DNA of 63,508 nucleotides, counting the filler. It is 6 parts of 6 records of this genome, joined end to end, with 100 filler letters (N's around TTAATTAATTAA, not from the genome) between each part and the next. Parts side by side here need not be neighbours in the genome. Positions count along the whole stretch, not along the records: positions 10,574 to 28,938 come from SRR2962707_4391; positions 29,039 to 34,482 come from SRR2962707_4395; 4 more parts are not named here. One strand, given 5' to 3'. The position numbers and the translations under genes are program-made. Shown here piece by piece: positions 21,904-34,044 of this stretch (positions are counted from its first letter, which is position 1; every line of letters begins with the position of its first letter). Under the pieces are notes generated by a model. It did not search any database, was not told where the DNA came from, and was given only the letters and a program-made list of their open reading frames with translations.

Positions 21904-23949
21904 TCAAGCGGGCTCTTCGGCCAGAGCCCGCACCCGCTCAAAGTCCTCCTCGGTAAACACACCATTCACGCCAGATATGGCGGCCAGCTCCATGCCGTGC
22001 TTGAGCCCGAGCTTGTAGATCTCCCGCACCTTCTCCCATTCAATATTTCGGCCGAGAGTGAAGTTCTCGAATCTTGCTTCCAGCGCCAGCACAATCGTCT
22101 CCGCCAGACAGGCGTAAGCGATGCCCCGGGGCAAGCCGATGTCCTTCATGCGCACGTCTCCCGGTAGCTGGATTTCCCCGGATTCAATTACCAGCACATC
22201 CGGCCGCTTCGCCACATCTTCCGCCGGGATATCCAATGGCCGGGCCACATCGGTGATCACACAGCCGGGTTTCACCTGCATGATGTCCAGAATGCGTTTA
22301 CCGGCCCCGGACGTAGCGGTGACCACCATATCCATTTCTGAAAGATCTCGATCCGTGGTGGCAGAGACGTGAACGATGGCCCCAGGAGTTTCCAGTTCGA
22401 TACTTTCCTTCAGCGCCAGCAACTTGGCTGCCTCCGGGGCCACCATGTAGATTTCATCCACGGCTTTTGCCAGCAGGCGCGCGCACACGGAACCAATGGC
22501 GCCTGTGGCCCCGACCACCATCGCCTTACCCGCCATTTTGCCGCTCTTGCCAATACTCACGCGGCCGACTTTTTTGGCGGCGTCGTGGGCGGCCCAGAGC
22601 GCGCCGGAGGCACTGTAGCTGTTACCCGTGGTGATTGGTAACGGTGCTCGTTTGGCCACGGTGATGCCGGCGTCACCCACTACTTTGGTGAACGCACCCA
22701 GTCCCATAATCTGGGCCCCAAGTTTCTTGGCCAGTTTTGCCGCTGCCAACAACCGGCTGTAGGTAAACTCCGGGCCGTGGGCCATGATTTCCCTGGGTGT
22801 GCCACCTACGGTGATCAACCAACCCTCGGCTTCGTCTCCGGTGGGGGATTTGATGCCGCTTACCTTGGAGTAACGGAAAGGCGGTGTGTAAGCCACAGCC
22901 TTTTCCACCAGGTTCATCACGGTGGGTGGAGAGACATTGGCAATCCAGTCCAGCGGTGGGGTTTTGGTCAGGTACTGCTGAGACAGCGGATGAATCACGA
23001 AGGCGAAGCGGTTTACCCGCCGATAGCCGTTGGGATATAGAATCCGCGGCTCAATTCCCAGGGTTTGAATAACGTCCAGGAAGTCGTCTGCGCCCAGCTG
23101 CTCCGGCGTGCGGGACAAGGCCGCGCTTATCATCGCTTCCATCACATTCACGCCCACGGGCCGGCCTTCCAGCCAGGGACTGTAGTCCACTACCATGGCG
23201 ACTTTCCGGGAGCGGAACCAGTCCAGGGCAGACTCCGTAACCCGGGAGGTGATCACGGTTTTACCGTCCAGTTCCTTTTCCGAGAAAGCCTCCAGATCCC
23301 CCATGGCACCTACAATCACATGGGAATCCTTCACCGACTCATGTAAAGAGCCACGAATAAGCTTTTCGCCCATGCGGTAAATTGGCGTTTTGTGCAGTGC
23401 TTCAATGAACTTGACCGCCGCAGGACGAAAAGTCACCGGAGCGGTCAGCGATGTATAGGTTTCTAGCTGGCGCAGGGAAGTCAGCAGTCTCGGTACGCCG
23501 AAATCCAGATAGGGGTCGGCAAAAAACAGGTTATCGGTGTGTTCAGACAACGCCTTGGCAATTCGGTAGCCGGCCTGGCCATTCAGAAACAGTACCCGGG
23601 CGTTGTCAAAAAAGTGCCCCAGCTCTGTCTGCGTATGGCGCACCGCCCATTCCTGCAAGATACCCCTGAGGCCGGCACCGGTCGTCACCGGCTTGTCGGG
23701 AACGCAGGCCTCCAGGCGGGCCGTGTCGGGATGTTCCAGCTGTTCACGGCCCACCTGGTAGTGATCGTGAATCATGCTCAGGCCAATGGCATCGGCCTCC
23801 CCACGAACCGAATCCAGCACGGCTTCGGCACGTTCCAGGTTGCCATCCGTGCCCACCCGAATGATCCGGAATGGCTGCTCCAGAAACGTGGTTTCCAGTT
23901 CGTAATCGTATTCCGAAGATCCCTGGCTGACACTAACGACCGTTTTCAT
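21904..23949 (-). CDS. Two-domain oxidoreductase: unknown N-terminal domain fused to an acyl-ACP-reductase-like domain
   Basis: C-half has FAFVIHP, GLGAFTKVVG, ITTGNSY, VVGATGAIGSVCARLL, DVARP and YACLAE...ENFTLGRNI. Confidence 0.75.
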   Translation of the reverse strand: MKTVVSVSQGSSEYDYELETTFLEQPFRIIRVGTDGNLERAEAVLDSVRGEADAIGLSMIHDHYQVGREQLEHPDTARLEACVPDKPVTTGAGLRGILQEWAVRHTQTELGHFFDNARVLFLNGQAGYRIAKALSEHTDNLFFADPYLDFGVPRLLTSLRQLETYTSLTAPVTFRPAAVKFIEALHKTPIYRMGEKLIRGSLHESVKDSHVIVGAMGDLEAFSEKELDGKTVITSRVTESALDWFRSRKVAMVVDYSPWLEGRPVGVNVMEAMISAALSRTPEQLGADDFLDVIQTLGIEPRILYPNGYRRVNRFAFVIHPLSQQYLTKTPPLDWIANVSPPTVMNLVEKAVAYTPPFRYSKVSGIKSPTGDEAEGWLITVGGTPREIMAHGPEFTYSRLLAAAKLAKKLGAQIMGLGAFTKVVGDAGITVAKRAPLPITTGNSYSASGALWAAHDAAKKVGRVSIGKSGKMAGKAMVVGATGAIGSVCARLLAKAVDEIYMVAPEAAKLLALKESIELETPGAIVHVSATTDRDLSEMDMVVTATSGAGKRILDIMQVKPGCVITDVARPLDIPAEDVAKRPDVLVIESGEIQLPGDVRMKDIGLPRGIAYACLAETIVLALEARFENFTLGRNIEWEKVREIYKLGLKHGMELAAISGVNGVFTEEDFERVRALAEEPA

Positions 23950-24101
23950 GGCGGGGGCATCCTTGTTGTTTTGTTATGCAATCAGTTTAGAAGATGGAGC
24001 GCTCAGCTGCTTTAGCTCAGATCAAATAGCAGGCACAAAATAACCGGCTAAACTCATGCTGTATCGAAACCTCAAACCCCAGTCCGATTCAGGGAGGCTC
24101 C

Positions 24102-25121
24102 ATGACCACTCAGGAAGAACTTAACGCCACCATTGCCGATCTCGTGCAATCGGGCAAAGGCATTCTGGCCGCAGATGAAAGCTCCCCGACCATTGCCAAA
24201 CGCTTCAAAGCCGTAGGCGTGGAATCCACAGAAGCCACGCGGCGTGAATACCGCAGCATTATTTTCTCCACGCCCGGCCTTGGCGAACACATCAGCGGCG
24301 TGATTCTTTACGAAGAAACCCTGGAACAGCTGAGCCTGGAAGACATTGCTATCCCCAAGCTCCTTGCCAGCCAGGGCATCGTGCCCGGCATCAAGGTCGA
24401 TCAGGGCAAAGGCCCGCTGGTGAATGCCCCGGGGGACGAGATTACCTACGGACTGGATGGCCTGGCAGCCCGGCTTGAACACTACAAGGCCATGGGTGCC
24501 CGCTTCGCCAAGTGGCGGGATGTGTTCCATATCTCGGACACTCTGCCCTCGTTCCAGGCCATCAAATCCAACGCCGAGGTGCTGGCCCGCTACGCCGCCG
24601 TGTGCCAGTCGATGGGTATTGTGCCGATTGTTGAGCCGGAGGTACTGATTGACGGAAATCACACTATCGAGCGGGCTGCAGAGGTGAGCGAAGACGTATT
24701 GCTGGAAGTGTTCAAGGCCCTGCACCGGCACCGGGTGAACCTGGAATGCATGGTACTGAAGCCCAGTATGGTGACACCAGGCAAGGAATCCGGCAAAGCC
24801 TCGCCTGAACAGGTTGCCGAAGCAACACTGAGCGTATTCCGGCGAGTGGTGCCGGCGGCCGTCCCCGGGATATTTTTTCTCTCCGGAGGCCAGACACCTG
24901 AAGAATCCACCGAGAACCTCAATGCTCTGAACAGCATGGGCTACCATCCCTGGGAGCTGAGTTTCTCCTATGGCCGGGCTCTCCAGGAACCTGCCCAGAA
25001 AGCCTGGGCCGGAAAGCTGGAGAATGCCGGGTCGGCACAGGCGGCCATGAAAAAACGGGCCAGACTCAATGGCCTGGCCCGTTCCGGTGATTATCTAGGC
25101 TCAATGGAAGCTGATAATTAG
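24102..25121 (+). CDS. fba: Fructose-bisphosphate aldolase class I (eukaryote-type fold)
   Basis: GKGILAADES, GIKVD, FAKWR, VPIVEPEV, LKPSMV, FLSGGQ, SFSYGRALQ. Confidence 0.93.
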   Translation: MTTQEELNATIADLVQSGKGILAADESSPTIAKRFKAVGVESTEATRREYRSIIFSTPGLGEHISGVILYEETLEQLSLEDIAIPKLLASQGIVPGIKVDQGKGPLVNAPGDEITYGLDGLAARLEHYKAMGARFAKWRDVFHISDTLPSFQAIKSNAEVLARYAAVCQSMGIVPIVEPEVLIDGNHTIERAAEVSEDVLLEVFKALHRHRVNLECMVLKPSMVTPGKESGKASPEQVAEATLSVFRRVVPAAVPGIFFLSGGQTPEESTENLNALNSMGYHPWELSFSYGRALQEPAQKAWAGKLENAGSAQAAMKKRARLNGLARSGDYLGSMEADN

Positions 25122-26095
25122 GCCGCGTTGGTGTGGCGCTGCGGCAGGTCTAATGGCTGATCCAGGCAGGCCAGCATGGGCGCAACTTCCCGGATTTTAC
25201 GAGCCTGGGGCCAAAGGGCCTCGGCTTCGGCAAAGCCCTGACGCAGGTAATTGAGCCATTGCTTGATGCGGCCGGAAACGTATTTGTCTTCCAGGCGGAT
25301 TTGCAGAGCAGCGGCGTATTCCCGCACCAGAACCACGACCTCGGCCCAGCTCATGGGCTCCCGTGTTTCTCCACTCTGGGAGGCCTTGATCTGGGCCGCC
25401 AGGTCTGGCCTGGCGATCAGGCCACGGCCGATCATTACATCGTCGCAGCCGGAGACTTTCCGGCAGCGCCAGTAGTCTTCCACGGTCCAGATTTCGCCGT
25501 TGGCGATTACGTGGTTTTTGACCGCTTCGCGTACCTTGGCGATTTCTTCCCAGTAAGCGGGCGGCTTGTAGCCATCTGCCTTGCTGCGGGCGTGAATGAC
25601 AATCTCAGAAGCACCGGCCGCTTCCAGAGCCTGGCCACAGGCCACGCCCATGGAACGGTCGTCGTAACCCAATCGCATCTTGGCCGTTACCGGAATATCC
25701 GCAGGCACGGCTTTACGAACGGCTGCGGTGATTTCATACATCAGCTCGGGCTCGCGCATCAGCACGCAACCACCTTTGTGTTTGTTCACGGTCTTGGCCG
25801 GGCAGCCGAAATTGATGTCCACCTGCCCTGCTCCCAGCTCGGCAGCCTTGGCACCGTGACGGCCCATCATGTCGGCGTTGGAGCCCAGCAGTTGAACGGC
25901 CACGGGTGTACCTACTTCTGTGAGCGCACCGTTGTAAAGCTCCGGAGCGTACTTGTAGAAAATCCGGGGCGGCAGCATGCCGTGGGTCACGCGAATAAAT
26001 TCCGTCACGCACCGGTCAATCCCACCGACCTTGGTCAGGGTTTCACGAATGGGTGCGTCGACCAGCCCTTCCATCGGGGCAAGGATGATTCGCAT
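25118..26095 (-). CDS. dusC: tRNA-dihydrouridine synthase C
   Basis: MRIILAPMEG, CVTEFIRV, DINFGCPAKTVN, IHARSK, ANGEIW. Confidence 0.9.
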   Translation of the reverse strand: MRIILAPMEGLVDAPIRETLTKVGGIDRCVTEFIRVTHGMLPPRIFYKYAPELYNGALTEVGTPVAVQLLGSNADMMGRHGAKAAELGAGQVDINFGCPAKTVNKHKGGCVLMREPELMYEITAAVRKAVPADIPVTAKMRLGYDDRSMGVACGQALEAAGASEIVIHARSKADGYKPPAYWEEIAKVREAVKNHVIANGEIWTVEDYWRCRKVSGCDDVMIGRGLIARPDLAAQIKASQSGETREPMSWAEVVVLVREYAAALQIRLEDKYVSGRIKQWLNYLRQGFAEAEALWPQARKIREVAPMLACLDQPLDLPQRHTNAA

Positions 26096-26185
26096 GAAGG
26101 CTCCAGAAACTGAGAGAAGTGAATCAGAATACGGCTGATCAAAAATCAGGCGGAGCGGATTGTAAGGAATTCGGGGGGAAATAGG

Positions 26186-26218
26186 TAGCCGGGCATCCCG
26201 AAACAGGACGCCCGGCTA
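26186..26218 (-). terminator. Probable terminator after katG
   Basis: TAGCCGGGC...GCCCGGCTA hairpin. Confidence 0.6.
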
Positions 26219-26230
26219 ATCACTGCAGGT

Positions 26231-28447
<2,217 letters not shown>

Positions 28448-28751
28448 TCAAGAGCAACTATCAATATAGATCATCCACGGTTGGCTGCTTGAATGTTTCC
28501 TACCGCCAGAATAGTTAAGGGCTATCGTTTTTCCCGCTGCACTGGGAACCTGTAACTCACTGGGCAATCGCATAATTCCCGCAGTAATCGGCCAGAATTC
28601 CCAGGAAGTCACGCCACGCAACCGGTGTGAGATAGGACAACGCTGACATTGGGTAACTCCTGTGTTAACGAGAACACCATTACCTTACCGCCGACGCTAT
28701 TAAGAGGAACAATTAATTAAAAATAAATTTGCGAGAGTTTTTGTTTATCGA

Positions 28752-28938
28752 TTAAAGGCGCTCGATAGAGGTGAACTTTCCGGCATCGTCAAACAGGATG
28801 CGAAAGCTGCCGCGTACGCCGTCATTGAGGAAGAAACGGGAGAGAATACGGGCCGGGAACCGGACAGAACGTCCGTCCCGGGCCCTGGTGTGAACATCGG
28901 TGGCCACGCCCTGATAGAGCTTGATCCACTCATCAGGG
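28752..28938 (-). CDS. DUF2835-like small protein, 5' truncated (not in ORF track)
   Basis: Manual translation PDEWIKLYQGVATDVHTRARDGRSVRFPARILSRFFLNDGVRGSFRILFDDAGKFTSIERL*. Confidence 0.7.
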
Positions 28939-29038
28939 NNNNNNNNNNNNNNNNNNNNNNNNNNNNNNNNNNNNNNNNNNNNTTAATTAATTAANNNNNN
29001 NNNNNNNNNNNNNNNNNNNNNNNNNNNNNNNNNNNNNN
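28939..29038. other. Artificial contig spacer
   Basis: N44-TTAATTAATTAA-N44. Confidence 0.99.
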
Positions 29039-29341
29039 GAACGGGCCCTTACGCCAGGGCATCAGTCCTCGCAGCCCTTCTTCGAGCTTTGCACGGTCTT
29101 CTGTGCTGAGGGGCTGGTCGGAGTTCAGGGTAATGGCCGACTGGTTCAGGTTCGCCGTGGCATCACCAATGTGGGGCAGGGTGTCCAGAGCCCGGTTCCA
29201 TCGGGCAATATCCCCATGAGGGTTGTCGTCAAAGCGCTTTTGTAGCTGTTGCTGCAGTTGCTTTCGCCAGCGCTCAAGGCCACGGCTATCAAGATCGTCA
29301 AGCAGCGGGGCAAAGCACCCCTGCCAGTTGAAGGTCGTCAT
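29039..29341 (-). CDS. cmoB: tRNA U34 carboxymethyltransferase, 3' truncated
   Basis: HGDIARW...LRGLMPWRKGPF; directly downstream of cmoA. Confidence 0.9.
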
Positions 29342-29352
29342 GGAGGCTCCGT

Positions 29353-30108
29353 TCAGTGCGATTTAATGGCGAGCATGGAGACAAAGTTGAAACACTGGTA
29401 CCACACCATAACCTGACTAAATCCTGCGTTTATCAGTCTCTCACGGTGTTCGGCCAGGGTTTCCGGTATCAGTACCTGTTCCAGGGCGGAACGCTTCTGA
29501 CTGATCTCCAGGTCGGAATAGCCGTTGGCCCGTTTGAACTCGTGATGGAGTTGGGTCTGTGTTGATTGCTCGGAATCGGATTCAAAGCGAATTTTCTCGG
29601 AGAGGATCAGTACTCCGCCGGGCAGTGTGGCGTCGGCGATGCGAGCCATCAGTTCTGCGCGTCTGTCTGGCGCCACGAACTGCAGTGTGAAGTTCAGGGT
29701 GGTCACCGACGCGTTCTCAATCGGGGTGTCGAGGATGTCCTCGCACCGCAGCGAAACCGGCAATGGGTGGTCGTCCAGAGCAATATAATGCTCGCAACGC
29801 TCAATCATGGCAGCCGAGTTGTCCACGCCTGTAAGGGTGCAGTCGCGGTCCCCAATGCCATGGCGCATGGCCAGAGTGGAGGCGCCGAGAGAGCAGCCGA
29901 GATCGTAGCAGTGACTGCCCGGGCGGGCATACTGTTCGGTGATCACTTCAATCATTGGAATAATCGTGGTGTAACCCGGTACTGAGCGCCGGATCATGTC
30001 CGGAAATACCCGAGCCACCGATGTGTCAAACCGGAATTCTCCGGTTTCCCGTTCAGTGGCGAACAGACGGTCCAGCGCCTGGCCCGGTTTTTTGTTCCTG
30101 TCAGCCAT
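29353..30108 (-). CDS. cmoA: Carboxy-SAM synthase
   Basis: FPDMIRRSVPGY, YDLGCSLGAS, LNFTLQF, FKRANGYSDLEISQKR. Confidence 0.95.
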   Translation of the reverse strand: MADRNKKPGQALDRLFATERETGEFRFDTSVARVFPDMIRRSVPGYTTIIPMIEVITEQYARPGSHCYDLGCSLGASTLAMRHGIGDRDCTLTGVDNSAAMIERCEHYIALDDHPLPVSLRCEDILDTPIENASVTTLNFTLQFVAPDRRAELMARIADATLPGGVLILSEKIRFESDSEQSTQTQLHHEFKRANGYSDLEISQKRSALEQVLIPETLAEHRERLINAGFSQVMVWYQCFNFVSMLAIKSH

Positions 30109-30472
30109 TGTCTGCTGGCTCCTGGCCCTCATGGACAGGCCTGTCGTGTGCGGGTGTCGGGCCTCGGCTGCAGCGTACGCCCCGGTTCTTGTAATCAACG
30201 AGGATGCCCCGGAACTCCGGGTCCACATCGGCGGCGATGGCCAGATACCCCTGTTCGCAGACAGCGTGGAGTTCCGATGACTTGGGCGACATGCGGAACT
30301 CTTCGCCAGGTTTGATGTGAACGGCCTCAAATTCCCCCACCGGCACATGATCCTTATTCTCGGCATGATCAATCCGCCCGCTGGCCTCCAAAACCACGAT
30401 GGTAACGATGATGGTGGCAATGGCAGTGACAATCAGGCTGCGGACGGTAAATCGGGCCTCACTTTGGCTCAT
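30101..30472 (-). CDS. Hypothetical membrane-anchored protein
   Basis: N-terminal TM segment and a Cys pair; overlaps the cmoA start. Confidence 0.65.
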   Translation of the reverse strand: MSQSEARFTVRSLIVTAIATIIVTIVVLEASGRIDHAENKDHVPVGEFEAVHIKPGEEFRMSPKSSELHAVCEQGYLAIAADVDPEFRGILVDYKNRGVRCSRGPTPAHDRPVHEGQEPADNG

Positions 30473-30505
30473 CGGTTGGTCTCCGGTCTGTCGGTAATAG
30501 TGGCC

Positions 30506-31507
30506 TCAATATTGGCCGGGTACATGAATGGAAGGGGCCTGTAGCGCCGCCAGTTGTTCCCGAAGTGACAGGATCTGGTCGGACCAGAAACGCGGCTGGG
30601 CAAACCAGGGGAAGAAACGCGGGAAGGCCGGGTCGTCCCAGCGCTTGGCCAGCCAGGTGCAGTGGGAAATCTGCCGGAAGCAGCGCATGGGTTCAATCAG
30701 ATGACGCTCACGACGATTGAAATCGCGGAACATCTCGTAGCCTTCCAGTAGTTCACCAAATTGCTGGCCACGTTCAACGTCATCACCGTTCAGTAACAGC
30801 CACAAATCCTGAATCGCAGGCCCGGTACGGCAATCGTCCAGGTCGACAAACAGCATCTGTTCCTCGCGGCAGAGGATGTTGCCGGCGTGGCAGTCACCAT
30901 GAATTCTCAGGGAGTGCACCTCGCCAGCGTCATCGATCCGACGGGCGCAGTGGTCGACAAGATCGGGAATCAGCGAGTCCCACGCTGGCCGAAGGTCATC
31001 TGGAATCCAGCGGTTTTCCGTAAGGAACCGATTGTTATCCTCAATGCCCGAAAGAATCGACATAACCGGGCGATGGTTGAAGGGCTCAGTGTCACCGATA
31101 TTGTGGAGCTGGCCCAGCCACTGGCCGAGGCGGTACAGGGTATCTGTCACGCTGGTGTCGGGCGCCTGCCCGCCCCGCTGCTGAAATACGGCAAACAGAA
31201 AGTCCCCGCAACGGCCCAGTGTATCGCCGGAGGGCATAGCCATGGGCGCCACGACCGGAATATCGGCGTTGAGCAACTGGACGGTAAACTGATGTTCTTC
31301 CCGGATCTGGGCTTCGCTCCAGCGCCCCGGACGGTAAAACTTGGCGATTACCGGTGGCTGGTCTTCAATACCAATCTGGTAAACACGGTTCTCGTAGCTG
31401 TTGAGGGCAAACAGGCGTCCACTGACCACAAATCCGGCGTCTTCCAGGGCATCAAGAATGGTATCGGGGGTAAGGGCGTCGTAAGGATGGCTGGAGGTTT
31501 CGGTCAT
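30506..31507 (-). CDS. srkA: Stress-response Ser/Thr kinase SrkA/RdoA
   Basis: ALNSYENRVY, AKFYRPGRWS, RIHGDCHAGNIL, FVDLDD. Confidence 0.92.
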   Translation of the reverse strand: MTETSSHPYDALTPDTILDALEDAGFVVSGRLFALNSYENRVYQIGIEDQPPVIAKFYRPGRWSEAQIREEHQFTVQLLNADIPVVAPMAMPSGDTLGRCGDFLFAVFQQRGGQAPDTSVTDTLYRLGQWLGQLHNIGDTEPFNHRPVMSILSGIEDNNRFLTENRWIPDDLRPAWDSLIPDLVDHCARRIDDAGEVHSLRIHGDCHAGNILCREEQMLFVDLDDCRTGPAIQDLWLLLNGDDVERGQQFGELLEGYEMFRDFNRRERHLIEPMRCFRQISHCTWLAKRWDDPAFPRFFPWFAQPRFWSDQILSLREQLAALQAPSIHVPGQY

Positions 31508-31516
31508 AAATAAGGT

Positions 31517-31939
31517 TTAGTATCTCGAATTCTGTTGGGACTTCATGCTGGCGAGGTGATACCAGTTTTCGTCCAGTTCCCATCGCACCCGATCAATGCC
31601 AGACGCGCTGAGGACGATGTTGCCTGCCTGGGCCTGGACCTGGGCCAGTTCACGCTCGGCCCGTTGCCAGTCACGATCATTGTCTCCCAGGTTACGCATG
31701 CTCGGAAAAATGGTGGTGAGTGCTTCGTGCGTCGAGGTTTCATGGGAGCGCAGTGAGCTCATGATGGCGGTCCCTCCTTCAACCCGGAGAACGCGATGCT
31801 GATAAGGATAGTTGGCCACCATTTCATCGGCCTTCAGTGCCTGGTTCAGGCTGATGACTTCAAAGCCTCGCCAGCCAAGCCAGCCAACAAATATGGCCGC
31901 CACCAGCATTACAATAATAAACTGCTTCCTGTCAGACAT
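31517..31939 (-). CDS. Hypothetical membrane-anchored protein
   Basis: N-terminal TM segment; 140 aa; co-oriented with srkA. Confidence 0.65.
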   Translation of the reverse strand: MSDRKQFIIVMLVAAIFVGWLGWRGFEVISLNQALKADEMVANYPYQHRVLRVEGGTAIMSSLRSHETSTHEALTTIFPSMRNLGDNDRDWQRAERELAQVQAQAGNIVLSASGIDRVRWELDENWYHLASMKSQQNSRY

Positions 31940-32084
31940 CGGTTCCCTGCTCCGTGCACTCAATTCACGGCCAAGTATAACGTTTCGGGGGCGACACCGT
32001 AATGCGATTCGGGCTTTTTAGCCAACGAGCGTGTTGGTGATGCTGACAAACGATCGAAACACAACGCGGGTGACGTTAAAGCAG

Positions 32085-33200
32085 ATGACAGGGCGAGACA
32101 TAGTACAGGCAGATACCGTGGTCGTCGGTGCCGGCATTGTCGGCCTCGCAGTGGCCAGGACGCTGGCCAAGCAGGGCAGGGAGGTGCTGGTGCTGGAATC
32201 CGGCGCTCACTTTGGCGAAGGGGTGTCGTCCCGCAATAGTGAGGTTATCCATGCTGGGATCTACTATCCCGAGGACTCCCTCAAGGCCCGGTTGTGTGTT
32301 CGTGGTCGTCGGATGTTGTATGAGTACTGTCAGACCCGTGGCATCGACCACCGCAAAACCGGCAAGTGGATTGTGGCCAATGGCGCGTCGCAGGTGGAGA
32401 GGCTCGACACTATCGCCAGTCAGGCCCTTCGCAACGGTGTTCCGCTCCAGCGGGTAACCCGCAGGGCCCTGCGGGTGTCTCTGCCGGACGTGACCGCCCA
32501 GGAGGCGTTGTACTCACCGGAAACGGGCATTGTAGACAGTCATGGTGTGATGCTGTCGTTGCTGGGAGAGCTGGAGGACTACGGTGGCCATTTGGTCCGC
32601 CAGGCGCCTGTAGAACATGCGGCGACCTGTGACGGAGAGCATCGGTTGCAGGTTGGAGGGCCGGCGCCCTGTGAGCTCAGGGCGCAACGGGTGGTGAACG
32701 CAGCCGGCCTCGGAGCAGTACCATTGGCCACGAGCTGGCAGGGAGTGCCAGCGGATATCGCGCCCCGCCAGTGGCTGGCCCGAGGTGTCTACTTCAGCTA
32801 TTCCGGTCGCCACCCCTTCCGTTCATTGGTATACCCGATCCCTGAACCAGGCGGCCTCGGCGTTCACCTGACGCTTGATCTAGCGGGCCAGGCTCGATTC
32901 GGGCCCGATGTTGAATGGATAGAGCGAGTGGACCTCTCGGTTGACCCCGGTCGGGCAAGGTCGTTTGCTGAAAGTATTCGCCGTTGGTGGCCAGCATTGG
33001 ACGAGTCCCGCCTGCAGCCCGCCTATGCCGGCATTCGTCCCAAGCTTGCTGGCCCGGATGGTGGGTTTGCGGATTTCCGGATCGCCGGAGAACGTCGGCA
33101 CGGTGTTGCCGGACTGGTGCACCTGTTCGGCATTGAGTCGCCGGGATTAACGGCTGCTTTGGCCATTGCGGATGAAGTGGCAGGGCAGCTCGCCGACTAA
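32085..33200 (+). CDS. FAD-dependent oxidoreductase, L-2-hydroxyglutarate oxidase-like
   Basis: VVGAGIVG, SSRNSEVIHAGIYY, GLGVHLT, FGIESPGLTA. Confidence 0.88.
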   Translation: MTGRDIVQADTVVVGAGIVGLAVARTLAKQGREVLVLESGAHFGEGVSSRNSEVIHAGIYYPEDSLKARLCVRGRRMLYEYCQTRGIDHRKTGKWIVANGASQVERLDTIASQALRNGVPLQRVTRRALRVSLPDVTAQEALYSPETGIVDSHGVMLSLLGELEDYGGHLVRQAPVEHAATCDGEHRLQVGGPAPCELRAQRVVNAAGLGAVPLATSWQGVPADIAPRQWLARGVYFSYSGRHPFRSLVYPIPEPGGLGVHLTLDLAGQARFGPDVEWIERVDLSVDPGRARSFAESIRRWWPALDESRLQPAYAGIRPKLAGPDGGFADFRIAGERRHGVAGLVHLFGIESPGLTAALAIADEVAGQLAD

Positions 33201-33215
33201 TGCGTTTGCATACCT

Positions 33216-33995
33216 TTATCCGGGGGTTCTTGCCAGCGCCCAGATCTGAACCTCCCTGGCGCCGGCCTCAAGCAGCACTTCAGTCAGGCTTCGTGCAGTG
33301 GCGCCGGTGGTGACCACGTCATCAACGATGGCAATACTGGCCGGTGGTATACGGGTAACCTGGTAGATTCCCCGCAGGTTGGCCAGGCGCTCTTCGCGGT
33401 TCAGTCCTCGTTGTGGCCGGGTGCGCCGGTTCCTGACGACAAGGTCAGCGCTCCAGGGAATGCCCGATTGACGGCTGATGTGCTCTGCAATATCCGCCGC
33501 TTGATTGAATCCTCGTTTTCGTCGACGGGCCGGATGCATCGGGCTGGCCAGAAGCAGGTCCGGCGTGCGTTCAGGATGGGTCTCCAGCATCAATGTCAGA
33601 TGAGTGCTCAGATCCTGGATCAGGGGGCGGGCATAGGCGCGTTGGCCATTGTATTTGTAGCGCTGGACCATACCGTCAACCGGGAATCGATAGCGCCAGG
33701 GCGCGACGATTCGGCTGAAGGGCGGTGGGTCTTTCAGGCACTGACCGCAGATGAGTTCATCGCCAGCGTAGGCGATAGGCAGTGCGCAGCAGCGGCAGTG
33801 CGAGTGGTTGGCGGGCAAGTCCTGCCGGCAGGGAGTGCAGAGCCCGAAATGGGCATGCGGTTCCAGGCAGGCCACGCATTGCCCGCCGCGCAGCTGAAAT
33901 AAGCCCTTGATGCTGATTTGAGCGCGCGGAATCCGTTTCGCGCTGTTAACCTTTGGTGTGATCAAGGTTGACAGCGATTTCAGTCCCTTTATCAT
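33216..33995 (-). CDS. comF: ComF-family protein
   Basis: Double zinc ribbon CxxC motifs, RGFNQA, IVDDVVTTGAT; start uncertain. Confidence 0.88.
   Translation of the reverse strand: MIKGLKSLSTLITPKVNSAKRIPRAQISIKGLFQLRGGQCVACLEPHAHFGLCTPCRQDLPANHSHCRCCALPIAYAGDELICGQCLKDPPPFSRIVAPWRYRFPVDGMVQRYKYNGQRAYARPLIQDLSTHLTLMLETHPERTPDLLLASPMHPARRRKRGFNQAADIAEHISRQSGIPWSADLVVRNRRTRPQRGLNREERLANLRGIYQVTRIPPASIAIVDDVVTTGATARSLTEVLLEAGAREVQIWALARTPG
33944..33995 (+). promoter_or_regulatory. BirA operator overlapping the bioB sigma70 promoter
   Basis: TGTTAACC-N14-GGTTGACA (33944-33973) matches the BirA dyad; TTGACA 33968-33973 lies 16 nt before TATCAT 33990-33995. Confidence 0.8.
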
Positions 33996-34044
33996 CTGTT
34001 CAATCCGTAAACCAGAATCCCGGTAAAGTTAACAGGACTGAATC

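Noticed and set aside
29353-30432. Long N-terminal extensions in the ORF track for cmoA (also csgH 43937-44761 and ycgN 47379-48419)
   Set aside because: The extensions overlap neighbouring real genes; family-like sequence starts at downstream ATGs (30108, 44347, 47828)
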